Positions 33,698 through 42,431 of a stretch of 64,000 bases of DNA are shown here, piece by piece. How positions within the stretch are numbered: position 1 is the first letter of the stretch; every line of letters starts with the position of its first letter. The DNA is from Lachnospiraceae bacterium (GTDB lineage: Bacteria; Bacillota; Clostridia; Lachnospirales; Lachnospiraceae). Below the pieces are notes generated by a model. The model worked only from the letters and a program-made list of their open reading frames with translations, was not told where the DNA came from and searched no databases. The stretch is taken from contig JAFZWG010000028.1 in assembly GCA_017617395.1 (NCBI GenBank), positions 8,192 through 72,191 on the forward strand, given 5' to 3'. A program made the translations under genes and the position numbers.

Positions 33698-35851
33698 ATG
33701 AAGAGGATATTGATACTGGTTTTGGCGCTGGCGACTGCGGTGGCAGCCGTCACGCTGTGGAATTCCCGGCGCAACGGGCGCGGGGAGCCTGCGGAAAATG
33801 AAACCTCCCGACCGACGGGAGGAGCGGTTGATACACCGGGAGTCAGCGCGACGCCCGGTGTGAGTGCTGTTACCAACACACCGACGCCTACCGAAGAGCC
33901 GGAACCGAGCGTGACCGACGGACCGACGCCGACCGAAGAGCCGGAACCGACTGTGACCGAAGGACCGACTCCGACCGAGGAGCCGCTGCAGACGTCGCTG
34001 CACATCAACGAGATTTTGGCGACCAACTCACAATTCAATAAGCACAACAACTCTTTCTTCGACGCGATCGAGCTGTACAACGCGTCGGACGAGCCGCTCA
34101 ACCTGGCGGACTTTTGTCTGTCCGACTCGAAGAAGCGGCTGACGGAGTACCCGCTGCCGGAGGCGGAGATTCCCGCGCACGGCTACGCGGTGATCTACTG
34201 CACGGGCAAGTACGAGCAAAAGGACGAGTTTGACCTCGCGTTCGAGCTGTCCTACTTCGGCGAGACGGTGTATCTGACAAGTCGGAGCGGCTATGTCTAC
34301 GAGAGCGTGTCCTATCCGGAGCTGCCGCGCGACGTAAGCTACGGAGTTTTTGACGGGCAGTGGCGCGTGTACGATCAGCCGACGCTCGGGGAGCCCAACA
34401 AGGGCGGCTATGCGAGGATGTCGAAGACGCCCGAGGTGAACGTGGAGCCGGGTTTTTACGAGGGAGAGCAGAAGGTGAGCTTCACCACCGGCGGAACCAT
34501 CCGCTACACGCTGGACGGAAGCAAGCCCACGTCGTCTTCGAAGGTCTGGGACGGGAGACCGATCACGGTTGCAAAGACGTGCGCGATCCGCGCCTATGCG
34601 GTGGAGGACGGGTGCCTGCCGAGCTTTTCGGCGGCATTTGACTACTTTGTGAGCGAGCCCGAGTATGAGCTCGATGTGGTAAGGCTGTCGATCAAACAGT
34701 CCGATTTCGAGGCACTCAGTGAGAACTATAAGTCAAACGCCAAATACGCCGCCAACATAACGATGTTCTCCGGTGGGAAGCAGGAATTTTCCGTCGACTG
34801 CTCGGCGAGCGCGTTCGGAAGCAACAGCCGGGCGCTTACCAAGAGAAGCTTTCAGATTACATTTTCCACGCAGTATGGGCCGTCGAAGCTGCGGTATCGG
34901 GTGTTCCCGGACATGGACATCGACGAGTTCAACTCGATCGTGCTGCGGTCGGGAAGCCAGGACAACGAGGCGTCGTTGATGCGAGACGAGCTGATCACGT
35001 CGCTTGCGACGGGCAACGGTATCATCGACAACGTTTTGGTACAGAACTACCGGCCGGTCAACCTCTATATCAACGACGAATATTATGGCATTTACTATAT
35101 CCGCGAGCACTTCGACGCGGACATGATTGCGAGCCACTACGGCTGTGACCCCGAGGAGGTGACCCTCGTCAAGCAGATGACGCGGGTACGCACCGGCAGG
35201 GACGGCAAGGAGTGGACGGACCTTTGGAAATACATCAGCACGAACCGCATCGACACGCCGGAGGCGTACGAGTACGTCAAATCGGTGGTCGACCTGCGAA
35301 GCGTCGCCGACTACTATATCATCCAGCTCTGGGCGGGCAACATCGACGTGGACAACGTCCGCGTGGCGAAGGCCGGAGGGCAATGGTTCTTCATCCTTTA
35401 TGACCTCGACCTTGCGCTGTGCACGGGCAGTGTCGCGGGCGCGACGCAGACGCTTCTCGGGACGTTTAACACCGGCTACAACACCTTCAACGCGCTTGTG
35501 TACCGGCTTTTGGAGTACGACGAGTTCCGCGAGCTGTTCTGCGAGCGGTTGGCGCTCATCATGGACAAGGTGCTCTCGGATGCACGCTGCATCGCCTACA
35601 TCGACGATCTGCAGGTGTGGCTTGACCACGACATGGTATACAACTGCGCAAAATGGAACCCCTTCAAGGAGCCGGCGAAGAAGATGTACTACAACAGCTA
35701 CACCGGCTGGAAGAAGAGCCTTGATACGCTGCGGCGGATCGTGACGGGGCGCGGCGAGAAGGTCATTCGGGATTTTGTGAACTACAAGGGAATCTCGAAG
35801 GAACTACGGGAGAAGTATTTTCCGGAGATCGATTTTTCGACTTCAGAGTGA
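33698..35851 (+). CDS. cotH: CotH kinase family protein with a lamin-tail-like domain
   Basis: Signal/anchor sequence, a Pro/Thr/Glu repeat linker, an LTD-like segment (LHINEILATN...FDAIELYN), a GGTIRYTLDGSKPT module and a CotH core (SFQITF...LRSGSQDN...YINDEYYGIYYIREH). Confidence 0.8.
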   Translation: MKRILILVLALATAVAAVTLWNSRRNGRGEPAENETSRPTGGAVDTPGVSATPGVSAVTNTPTPTEEPEPSVTDGPTPTEEPEPTVTEGPTPTEEPLQTSLHINEILATNSQFNKHNNSFFDAIELYNASDEPLNLADFCLSDSKKRLTEYPLPEAEIPAHGYAVIYCTGKYEQKDEFDLAFELSYFGETVYLTSRSGYVYESVSYPELPRDVSYGVFDGQWRVYDQPTLGEPNKGGYARMSKTPEVNVEPGFYEGEQKVSFTTGGTIRYTLDGSKPTSSSKVWDGRPITVAKTCAIRAYAVEDGCLPSFSAAFDYFVSEPEYELDVVRLSIKQSDFEALSENYKSNAKYAANITMFSGGKQEFSVDCSASAFGSNSRALTKRSFQITFSTQYGPSKLRYRVFPDMDIDEFNSIVLRSGSQDNEASLMRDELITSLATGNGIIDNVLVQNYRPVNLYINDEYYGIYYIREHFDADMIASHYGCDPEEVTLVKQMTRVRTGRDGKEWTDLWKYISTNRIDTPEAYEYVKSVVDLRSVADYYIIQLWAGNIDVDNVRVAKAGGQWFFILYDLDLALCTGSVAGATQTLLGTFNTGYNTFNALVYRLLEYDEFRELFCERLALIMDKVLSDARCIAYIDDLQVWLDHDMVYNCAKWNPFKEPAKKMYYNSYTGWKKSLDTLRRIVTGRGEKVIRDFVNYKGISKELREKYFPEIDFSTSE
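33881..33985 (+). repeat. 42-bp in-frame tandem repeat (2.5 copies) in cotH
   Basis: Units start at 33881, 33923 and 33965 and encode PTPTEEPEP(S/T)VT(D/E)G. Confidence 0.85.
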
Positions 35852-35864
35852 ACAGGGTAACGCA

Positions 35865-35890
35865 AAAACCGCTGATTCGTCAGCGGTTTT
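35865..35890 (+). terminator. intrinsic terminator after cotH
   Basis: AAAACCGCTGA-TTCG-TCAGCGGTTTT, a perfect stem ending in a T-run. Confidence 0.8.
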
Positions 35891-35941
35891 ATGTGCAATA
35901 ACGGTTGTGACGGGCGCGGAAAATGCGCCGGCGAGGGAACT

Positions 35942-37873
35942 ATGAGAGAGTTTGACATCCATGCGGAAATTGCGAAACTGCCGTCGTGTCCGGGCGTGTA
36001 CATCATGCACGACTCGCACGACCGCATTTTGTATGTCGGAAAGGCGAAGATCCTAAAGCGCCGCGTGAGCCAGTATTTCCGCGAGGGAAGTAAGCTCTCG
36101 CCGAAGATTAAGCGCATGGTTTCCCAGGTCAACTGGTTTGAGTACATCGTCGTCGCGTCGGAGCTTGAGTCGCTCGTTTTGGAGAACAACCTCATCAAGG
36201 AGAACCGCCCGCCGTACAATACGCTGTTAAAGGACGACAAGACGTATCCCTTCATCAAGGTGACGGTCGACGAGCCGTTCCCGCGCGTGTTCTTGACGAG
36301 GCGTCAGGAGAAGGACCGCGCGCGCTACTTCGGGCCGTTCACAAACGGAGTGTCCGTCAACGACACGATCGAGCTTCTTCGGAAGATTTACCGCATCCGC
36401 ACCTGCAACCGTGCGCTGCCGCAAAACGACGCAAACGCAAGACCGTGCCTGTATCACCAGATCGGGCAGTGCGACGCCCCGTGCGTGGGCGGCGTGAGCG
36501 AGGAGGCGTACGGCGAGATGGTCGCGAAGGTGCTTCGGTTCCTTGGCGGCGACTACTCCGACGGCATCGCTTACTTAACGTCCCGCATGGAGGAGGCGAG
36601 CGCGGCGCTGCAGTTTGAAAAAGCCGCGGAATTCCGCGATCTGATCACGCGCGTGAAGGCGCTTTCGCAGGTGCAGCACGCAAGCGACACGCATCTCGAC
36701 GAGCGCGACATCATCGGCATGGCGCGGGACGGCGAGCACTGCGTTGTGCAGATCTTCTTCGAGCGCGACGGCCGCCTGATCGGGCGGGAGCATTACCATA
36801 TGCAGGAGACCGACGAGAGCGAGGATGCGGAGATTCTATCCGCCTTCCTGCGCCAGTATTACGAGGGGACGCCGTACGTACCCCGCGAGATCATGACGGA
36901 GCTTCTGCCGGAGGATTCGGAGCTTCTGGAGGAGTGGCTTTCCGCGAAGCGCAAGAGCCCCGTGCATCTGCGCGTGCCGAAGATCGGCGGCAAGGAGCGG
37001 CTCATTCGCCTTGCGAAGGAAAATGCACGCATGGTCATCGAGAAGGACCTCGAGAAGATTACCCGCGAGGAGGCACGCACGAAGGGCGCGATGAACGCTC
37101 TCGGGGATTTACTCGGCATCATCTCGCTGCATCGCGTGGAGTCCTACGATATCTCGAACATCAGCGGTTTTCACAGCGTCGGATCGATGGTTGTCTTCAC
37201 GGACGGCCGTCCCCGCAAGTCCGACTACCGCAAATTCCGCATTCAGAGCGTCGACGGTCCGGACGACTACGCCTCGATGCGCGAGGTGCTCACGAGGCGC
37301 TTCCTGCACGGCCTGCGGGAGCAGGAAAATGAGGCGGAGATGATGGCGGAGACCGCGGGCGAGGACAGCGCGGCGGTCGGGAGGAATTCATTTTCCGTGT
37401 TCCCGGACGTCATCCTCATGGACGGCGGCAAGGGCCAGATTGAGGTGGCCGAGGAGGTTTTGGCGGAGCTTCACCTCGACATCCCCGTGTGCGGCATGGT
37501 GAAGGACGACCGGCACCGCACGAGAGGCCTGTATTTCCGCGGGGAGGAGATTGCGCTCTCCGGCGCGAGCCGCGGCAGTGCGGGCGCGAACGAGGAGGTG
37601 GCGGCGCTAGTCACGCGCATTCAGGACGAGACGCACCGCTTCGCGATCGAGTACCACCGGAGCCTGCGCTCCAAGGCGCAGACGAAGTCCGTGCTGGACG
37701 AGATCCCGGGCATCGGACCGGCGAGACGCCGCAGCCTGATGAGCTACTACAAGGGAATGACGGAGCTTCGCGAGGCGACCGAGGCCGAGATCGCGGGCGT
37801 TCCCGGCATGAACAAAGCAGCCGCGGCATCGGTGTACGCGTTCCTGCACAAGGAAGAAGAGGGTGCGAAATAA
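35942..37873 (+). CDS. uvrC: excinuclease ABC subunit C
   Basis: GIY-YIG N-terminus (GVYIMHD...ILYVGKA), a UVR domain, an endonuclease V-like domain and a C-terminal HhH. The ATG at 35942 lies inside ORF 35891-37873. Confidence 0.95.
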   Translation: MREFDIHAEIAKLPSCPGVYIMHDSHDRILYVGKAKILKRRVSQYFREGSKLSPKIKRMVSQVNWFEYIVVASELESLVLENNLIKENRPPYNTLLKDDKTYPFIKVTVDEPFPRVFLTRRQEKDRARYFGPFTNGVSVNDTIELLRKIYRIRTCNRALPQNDANARPCLYHQIGQCDAPCVGGVSEEAYGEMVAKVLRFLGGDYSDGIAYLTSRMEEASAALQFEKAAEFRDLITRVKALSQVQHASDTHLDERDIIGMARDGEHCVVQIFFERDGRLIGREHYHMQETDESEDAEILSAFLRQYYEGTPYVPREIMTELLPEDSELLEEWLSAKRKSPVHLRVPKIGGKERLIRLAKENARMVIEKDLEKITREEARTKGAMNALGDLLGIISLHRVESYDISNISGFHSVGSMVVFTDGRPRKSDYRKFRIQSVDGPDDYASMREVLTRRFLHGLREQENEAEMMAETAGEDSAAVGRNSFSVFPDVILMDGGKGQIEVAEEVLAELHLDIPVCGMVKDDRHRTRGLYFRGEEIALSGASRGSAGANEEVAALVTRIQDETHRFAIEYHRSLRSKAQTKSVLDEIPGIGPARRRSLMSYYKGMTELREATEAEIAGVPGMNKAAAASVYAFLHKEEEGAK

Positions 37874-37874
37874 A

Positions 37875-37903
37875 TTGCATTTAGCTATCGCGTACTATAT
37901 AAT
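37875..37903 (+). promoter_or_regulatory. sigma-A-type promoter TTGCAT-17nt-TATAAT upstream of hprK
   Basis: TTGCAT at 37875-37880, a 17-nt spacer and TATAAT at 37898-37903. Confidence 0.6.
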
Positions 37904-37941
37904 GTCTATGGTGCGTAAAATACAGTATTCGGAGGTAGGGT

Positions 37942-38892
37942 ATGTGTTCTTATGAGGTTTCGCTCGTAAAGATGGCGGAGAAGATGAATCTGGTGAATCT
38001 GACGCCGGAGATCGATATTTCCAAGAGAATGATCACGAAGCCGGAGATCAACCGGCCGGCGCTGCAGCTGGCGGGCTTCTTCAGCGACTTTGACGCGGAC
38101 CGCATCCAGTTGATCGGCAATGTGGAGTACGCGTATATGTACAAAAACGAGATGACGTCCGAGGAGCGCCACATCTGCTTCTCGCGGTTGATGGGGTACG
38201 GTGTTCCGTGCATCATCTTCTGCCGGAACCTGGTTGTGAGCGACGGCATGCGCAAACTTGCGCTCGAGAAGGGCGTGCCGGTGTTCCAGAGCAGCATGGA
38301 GACGACGGCTCTTGTGGCTGAGCTGGTGCGCTGGCTGAAGGTTCAGCTGGCACCGCGCATCTCGATCCACGGCGTTTTGGTCGATGTCTTCGGCGAGGGC
38401 CTTCTAATCATGGGCGAGAGCGGCATCGGTAAGAGTGAGGCGGCTCTGGAGCTCATCAAGAGAGGACACCGTCTGGTTTCGGACGATGTCGTGGAGATCA
38501 AGAAAGTCAGCGACGACACGCTGTTCGGCTCGGCGCCCGATGTGACGAAGCATCTGATCGAGCTTCGCGGTATCGGCATCATCGACGTTAAGACGCTGTA
38601 CGGCGTGCAGAGCGTGAAGGAGACGCAGACGATCGACCTCGTGATCCAGCTCGAGGAGTGGGACCGCGAGAAGGAGTACGACCGTCTCGGCCTCGAGGAA
38701 AAATACACCGAGTTCCTCGGCAACCGCGTCGTCTGCAACAACATTCCCATCCGGCCCGGTCGTAACCTCGCCATCATCTGCGAGGCGGCTGCGATCAACT
38801 ACCGTCAGAAGAAGATGGGCTACAATGCGGCACTCGAGCTTCAGAAGCGCGTGACGCAGAATCTGATGAAGATGACGGGCGGCAACCAGTAA
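37942..38892 (+). CDS. hprK: HPr kinase/phosphorylase
   Basis: Walker A GESGIGKSE and ELRGIGIIDV. SD GGAGG lies 6 nt before the ATG. Confidence 0.95.
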   Translation: MCSYEVSLVKMAEKMNLVNLTPEIDISKRMITKPEINRPALQLAGFFSDFDADRIQLIGNVEYAYMYKNEMTSEERHICFSRLMGYGVPCIIFCRNLVVSDGMRKLALEKGVPVFQSSMETTALVAELVRWLKVQLAPRISIHGVLVDVFGEGLLIMGESGIGKSEAALELIKRGHRLVSDDVVEIKKVSDDTLFGSAPDVTKHLIELRGIGIIDVKTLYGVQSVKETQTIDLVIQLEEWDREKEYDRLGLEEKYTEFLGNRVVCNNIPIRPGRNLAIICEAAAINYRQKKMGYNAALELQKRVTQNLMKMTGGNQ

Positions 38893-38951
38893 CGCCCTCA
38901 ACAAAATATTCTTGTGCGAAACAATACGGAAAAACAGGAGGAAGCAGACAG

Positions 38952-39893
38952 ATGAGATACTGCTTTGGTATCGATATCGGAGGAACGACAATCAAGTGCG
39001 GACTGTTCACGCAGGACGGTGAAGTGCTCAGAAAATGGGAGATTCCCACGAACCGCGAAGCCGGCGGCGTGAAGATCCCGGGTGAGCTGGCGGCATCGAT
39101 CGCCGGCGTGATGGGCGAGGAGAAGATTACGCAGGATCAGGTGATCGGCGTCGGTATGGGCGTGCCCGGACCGGTGCTTGCGGACGGTATGGTTTTGCTG
39201 TGCCCGAACCTTGGCTGGGACCACATCAACGTGCGCACGATGATGGAGCAGATGTTAGGCGTGCCGGTTCGCGTCGGCAACGACGCCAACGTGGCGGCGC
39301 TCGGTGAGCAGTGGAAGGGCGGCGGACGCGGCTATTCCGACATGCTCATGGTGACGCTCGGAACCGGAGTCGGCGGCGGCTTGATCCTCGGCGGCAAGAT
39401 CGTGTGCGGCTCAAACGGTGCGGCGGCGGAGATCGGCCATATCGTGGTCAACCCCGCGGAGACGGACTGCTGCGGCTGCGGCTGCCACGGACATCTCGAG
39501 CAGTACGCATCGGCGACGGGCATCGTTCGCATGGCGAAGAAGCGCCTGGCGTCCGAGTCGGTGGCGACGTCTCTGCATGGATTTTCCAACCTGACCGCGA
39601 AGGATATCTTCGACGAAGCGAAGAAGGGCGACGAGGTTGCCTGCTCTTTGGTTGACACGCTCGGTCAGTACCTTGCGCTTGCGCTGTCGCATGTGGCGGC
39701 GGTCGCGGATCCGGTTGCATTTGTCATCGGAGGCGGCGTGAGCAAAGCCGGCAGCATCCTGATCGATGCGATCGAGAAACATTACAACGACAATATTCTT
39801 CCCGCGCTGCGCGGCAAGGTGTTCCGCCTGGCGGAGCTCGGCAACGACGCGGGAATCTACGGCGCGGCGCGTATGACACTCTCGGAGGTCTGA
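38952..39893 (+). CDS. glcK: ROK family glucokinase
   Basis: GIDIGGTTIK, LGTGVGGG and a ROK zinc motif C.CGCHGHLE. Confidence 0.85.
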   Translation: MRYCFGIDIGGTTIKCGLFTQDGEVLRKWEIPTNREAGGVKIPGELAASIAGVMGEEKITQDQVIGVGMGVPGPVLADGMVLLCPNLGWDHINVRTMMEQMLGVPVRVGNDANVAALGEQWKGGGRGYSDMLMVTLGTGVGGGLILGGKIVCGSNGAAAEIGHIVVNPAETDCCGCGCHGHLEQYASATGIVRMAKKRLASESVATSLHGFSNLTAKDIFDEAKKGDEVACSLVDTLGQYLALALSHVAAVADPVAFVIGGGVSKAGSILIDAIEKHYNDNILPALRGKVFRLAELGNDAGIYGAARMTLSEV

Positions 39894-39942
39894 GACGTTG
39901 CGCGCACGTGCGGAAAATGAAGTGAGGAACGAACTGTTGCGG

Positions 39943-40875
39943 ATGATTACGGCGAAGCAGAAAAACCGAATCGAGGCGTTGTACCGGGAGCGGGGAACGT
40001 GCCTTTGGAACGAGCCGATGGCGGCGCACACGTCGTTTCACATCGGCGGTCCGGCGGACGTGTATCTGGTGCCTGCGGACGATGCGCAGCTGGCGGAAAC
40101 CGTGCGGCTTCTTCGGGACCTGGGGGTTCCGCTGACGCTTCTTGGGAACGGCAGCAACGTGCTCGTCGCGGACGAGGGAATTCCGGGCGCCGTGCTGCGG
40201 CTTGAGGACAAGCCCGCGAAGATGACGTTCACGGAGACGGCGGACGGGACGGTGCTTGCTGAGGTTTCCGCCGGAACTTCGCTGTCGGGATTTGCCAGAG
40301 AGGCCTGCGACCGCGGGCTTGCGGATATGGAGTATGCGACGGGAATCCCCGGGACGGTCGGCGGCGGAATCGTGATGAACGCCGGCGCGTACGGCGGCGA
40401 GATCAAGGATTCTCTCACGGAGGTGCGCGTGCTCACAAAGGACGGAGAGATCGAGACACTTCCGGCGGAGGAGCTCGCGCTTTCGTACCGCTACAGCCGG
40501 ATTCCGGAACGCGGCGATATCGTGCTGGGTGCGGTGTTTACGCTCCGCAAGGGAGACCGCGAGGCAATCCGTGCGAAGGTTTTGGAGCTGTCGGCGAAAC
40601 GGCGCGAAAAGCAGCCGTTGGAGTTTCCGAGCGCGGGAAGTACCTTCAAGCGCCCGGTCGGCTATTTCGCCGGCAAATTGATCGAGGATGCGGGGCTTAA
40701 GGGCTACACCGTCGGCGGAGCGCAGGTGTCCGTGAAGCACAGCGGATTTGTCATCAACAAGGGAAATGCGACCTGCGAGGATGTGAAGACGCTGATCCGC
40801 GACGTGCAGCGGATCGTATTTGACCGGTTCGGCGTCGCGCTGGAGCCCGAGGTACGGTTTCTGCCGAACGCGTAG
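39943..40875 (+). CDS. murB: UDP-N-acetylenolpyruvoylglucosamine reductase
   Basis: NEPMAAHTSFHIGGPADVY, GNGSNVLV and SAGSTFKRP. The start is ambiguous: TTG at 39898 (SD GGAGG 9 nt upstream) or ATG at 39943. Confidence 0.9.
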   Translation: MITAKQKNRIEALYRERGTCLWNEPMAAHTSFHIGGPADVYLVPADDAQLAETVRLLRDLGVPLTLLGNGSNVLVADEGIPGAVLRLEDKPAKMTFTETADGTVLAEVSAGTSLSGFAREACDRGLADMEYATGIPGTVGGGIVMNAGAYGGEIKDSLTEVRVLTKDGEIETLPAEELALSYRYSRIPERGDIVLGAVFTLRKGDREAIRAKVLELSAKRREKQPLEFPSAGSTFKRPVGYFAGKLIEDAGLKGYTVGGAQVSVKHSGFVINKGNATCEDVKTLIRDVQRIVFDRFGVALEPEVRFLPNA

Positions 40876-40885
40876 GAGAGAGACG

Positions 40886-41848
40886 ATGTCATTTGCGGAA
40901 GACCTGAAGACGGAACTTGCGGGCAAGGATCCGCACGCAAAACACTGCACCCTGGCGGAGCTCGCGGGGATGTTTTGCTACGGCGGAGCGCTCGTAAAAG
41001 ATGCGGACGGAGCGGTTTCGCTTACATTTTCCACGGAAAAAGAAATAATTGCGAAAAAATGCTTTACTTTTCTCAAAAAGTCCTTTAATATGAACATTGT
41101 TGCAGAGGAGTTTGCGCTCACCGGGCGCCGCGGCAGGGGTTACGCCGTGCGTGTTGCGGGGGAGAGGGACGCGCTCCGCTGTTTAGAGGAGATGGGATTT
41201 CGCCGACCGGACGTACCTCGTTCGGAAGGCCGGATTGCCCTTGCGGATGTTTCGTTACGGTTTCCCGAGAGATTGTGCTGCGTGCGGAGTTTCGTGCGTG
41301 CGGCGTTTTTGATGGGAGGCGCGATGAACGATCCGGATAAGTCGTATCATTACGAGATTACCGTACCGTCGGCGTCTGTCGGAGAGTTTCTGACACAGGC
41401 GCTCGGTCAGTTCGATTGCGAGCCGAAATTATGGGAGCGGCGAGGATCGACGGCGGTGTATCTGAAGGATTCGGAGCGGATAGCCGACGCCCTGACGGTG
41501 ATGGGCGCGACGGCGGCACGCGTGCGGTTCGAGGATATACGGGTGGTGAGGATGAGACGCGGCGAGGTTCAGAGAACGGTAAACTGTGAGGTTTCCAATC
41601 TCGCGAAGACCACGCGCGCAGCGAACAAACAGATAGAGGCCATCGGGGAGATCGAGCGGGTCATCGGACTTGCGAATCTGCCGGAGGAGCTTCGGGAGAT
41701 GGCGCAGCTGCGGATGGATTTTCCGGAGGCATCGCTGCAGGAGCTGGGAGAGCGTTCGGTACCGCCGGTGGGACGGTCCGGAGTGAATCACCGGCTGCAA
41801 AAACTATTGGGTATTGCCGAGGGGTTACGGGTGAAAGAAGGAGGTTGA
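40886..41848 (+). CDS. whiA: DNA-binding protein WhiA
   Basis: MSFAEDLKTELA..., LAGLIDADG-like domains and a C-terminal HTH (VNHRLQKL). The ATG at 40886 lies inside ORF 40820-41848. Confidence 0.9.
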   Translation: MSFAEDLKTELAGKDPHAKHCTLAELAGMFCYGGALVKDADGAVSLTFSTEKEIIAKKCFTFLKKSFNMNIVAEEFALTGRRGRGYAVRVAGERDALRCLEEMGFRRPDVPRSEGRIALADVSLRFPERLCCVRSFVRAAFLMGGAMNDPDKSYHYEITVPSASVGEFLTQALGQFDCEPKLWERRGSTAVYLKDSERIADALTVMGATAARVRFEDIRVVRMRRGEVQRTVNCEVSNLAKTTRAANKQIEAIGEIERVIGLANLPEELREMAQLRMDFPEASLQELGERSVPPVGRSGVNHRLQKLLGIAEGLRVKEGG

Positions 41849-41852
41849 GTCA

Positions 41853-42107
41853 ATGATTTCTAAGGACGTGACAGTAAACATTCCCAACGGCTTCGGAGGA
41901 AGACCGGTAGCCCTGCTGGTACAGGTGGCAAGCCGCTATGACAGCAGCGTGTATGTACAATGTGAGAACAAGAAAGTAAACGCAAAGAGCATCATGGGCA
42001 TGATGAGTCTTGCGCTTCCGACCGGATCCACGGTGACGGTTACCGTAAACGGTGCGGATGAGGAAGCCGCGATGAAGGATATCGAGGCATATCTGAAGAA
42101 TGAGTGA
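41853..42107 (+). CDS. HPr-family phosphocarrier protein, Crh-like (no His15)
   Basis: 84-aa ORF. Ser46 is conserved in its context (VNAKSIMGMMSL). The His15 position reads NGFGGRP where HPr has GxHARP. Confidence 0.85.
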   Translation: MISKDVTVNIPNGFGGRPVALLVQVASRYDSSVYVQCENKKVNAKSIMGMMSLALPTGSTVTVTVNGADEEAAMKDIEAYLKNE

Positions 42108-42131
42108 TGTCAGTCGCGGGTGAAACGGCTA

Positions 42132-42160
42132 TTGACATTTTTCGCGGAATCCGATAAACT
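42132..42160 (+). promoter_or_regulatory. sigma-A-type promoter TTGACA-17nt-TAAACT upstream of the SCIFF gene
   Basis: TTGACA at 42132-42137, a 17-nt spacer and TAAACT at 42155-42160. Confidence 0.55.
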
Positions 42161-42213
42161 GAATACAAGACATGAGTTACTTAGGTAACTGATATGTGAC
42201 ACAGGAGGAACGT

Positions 42214-42366
42214 ATGAAGACCAAGCATATCAAGACCATCAAGACCCGTAATCTGTGCGAGAGCGCAAAGAAGGGCGGCTGCGGCGAGTGCCAGACTTCT
42301 TGCCAGTCCGCATGCAAGACAAGCTGCGGAATTGCAAACCAGAGTTGCGAGAAGAGCAGCAAGTAA
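42214..42366 (+). CDS. scfA: six-cysteine ranthipeptide precursor SCIFF
   Basis: 50-codon ORF missing from the track because it is under 60 aa. SD AGGAGGA precedes it. The peptide is MKTKHIKTIKTRNLCESAKKGGCGECQTSCQSACKTSCGIANQSCEKSSK, which carries the SCIFF core GGCGECQTSCQSACKTSC. It lies directly upstream of its maturase. Confidence 0.85.
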   Translation: MKTKHIKTIKTRNLCESAKKGGCGECQTSCQSACKTSCGIANQSCEKSSK

Positions 42367-42378
42367 TTTGAACAACGA

Positions 42379-42408
42379 AAATATCGCCCCATGGGGCGAT
42401 ATTTTTAT
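42379..42408 (+). terminator. stem-loop (partial terminator/attenuator) between scfA and scfB
   Basis: AAATATCGCCCC / GGGGCGATATTT, an 11-12-bp stem followed by TTAT. Confidence 0.55.
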
Positions 42409-42431
42409 ATCACGAACTTTGGAGGAATCCG

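Noticed and set aside
33881-33985. Tandem repeats considered as a possible CRISPR or minisatellite.
   Set aside because: The repeats are in frame within cotH, are contiguous with no spacers, and encode a PT/E linker. Similar PT-rich linkers in other lipoproteins are coding as well.
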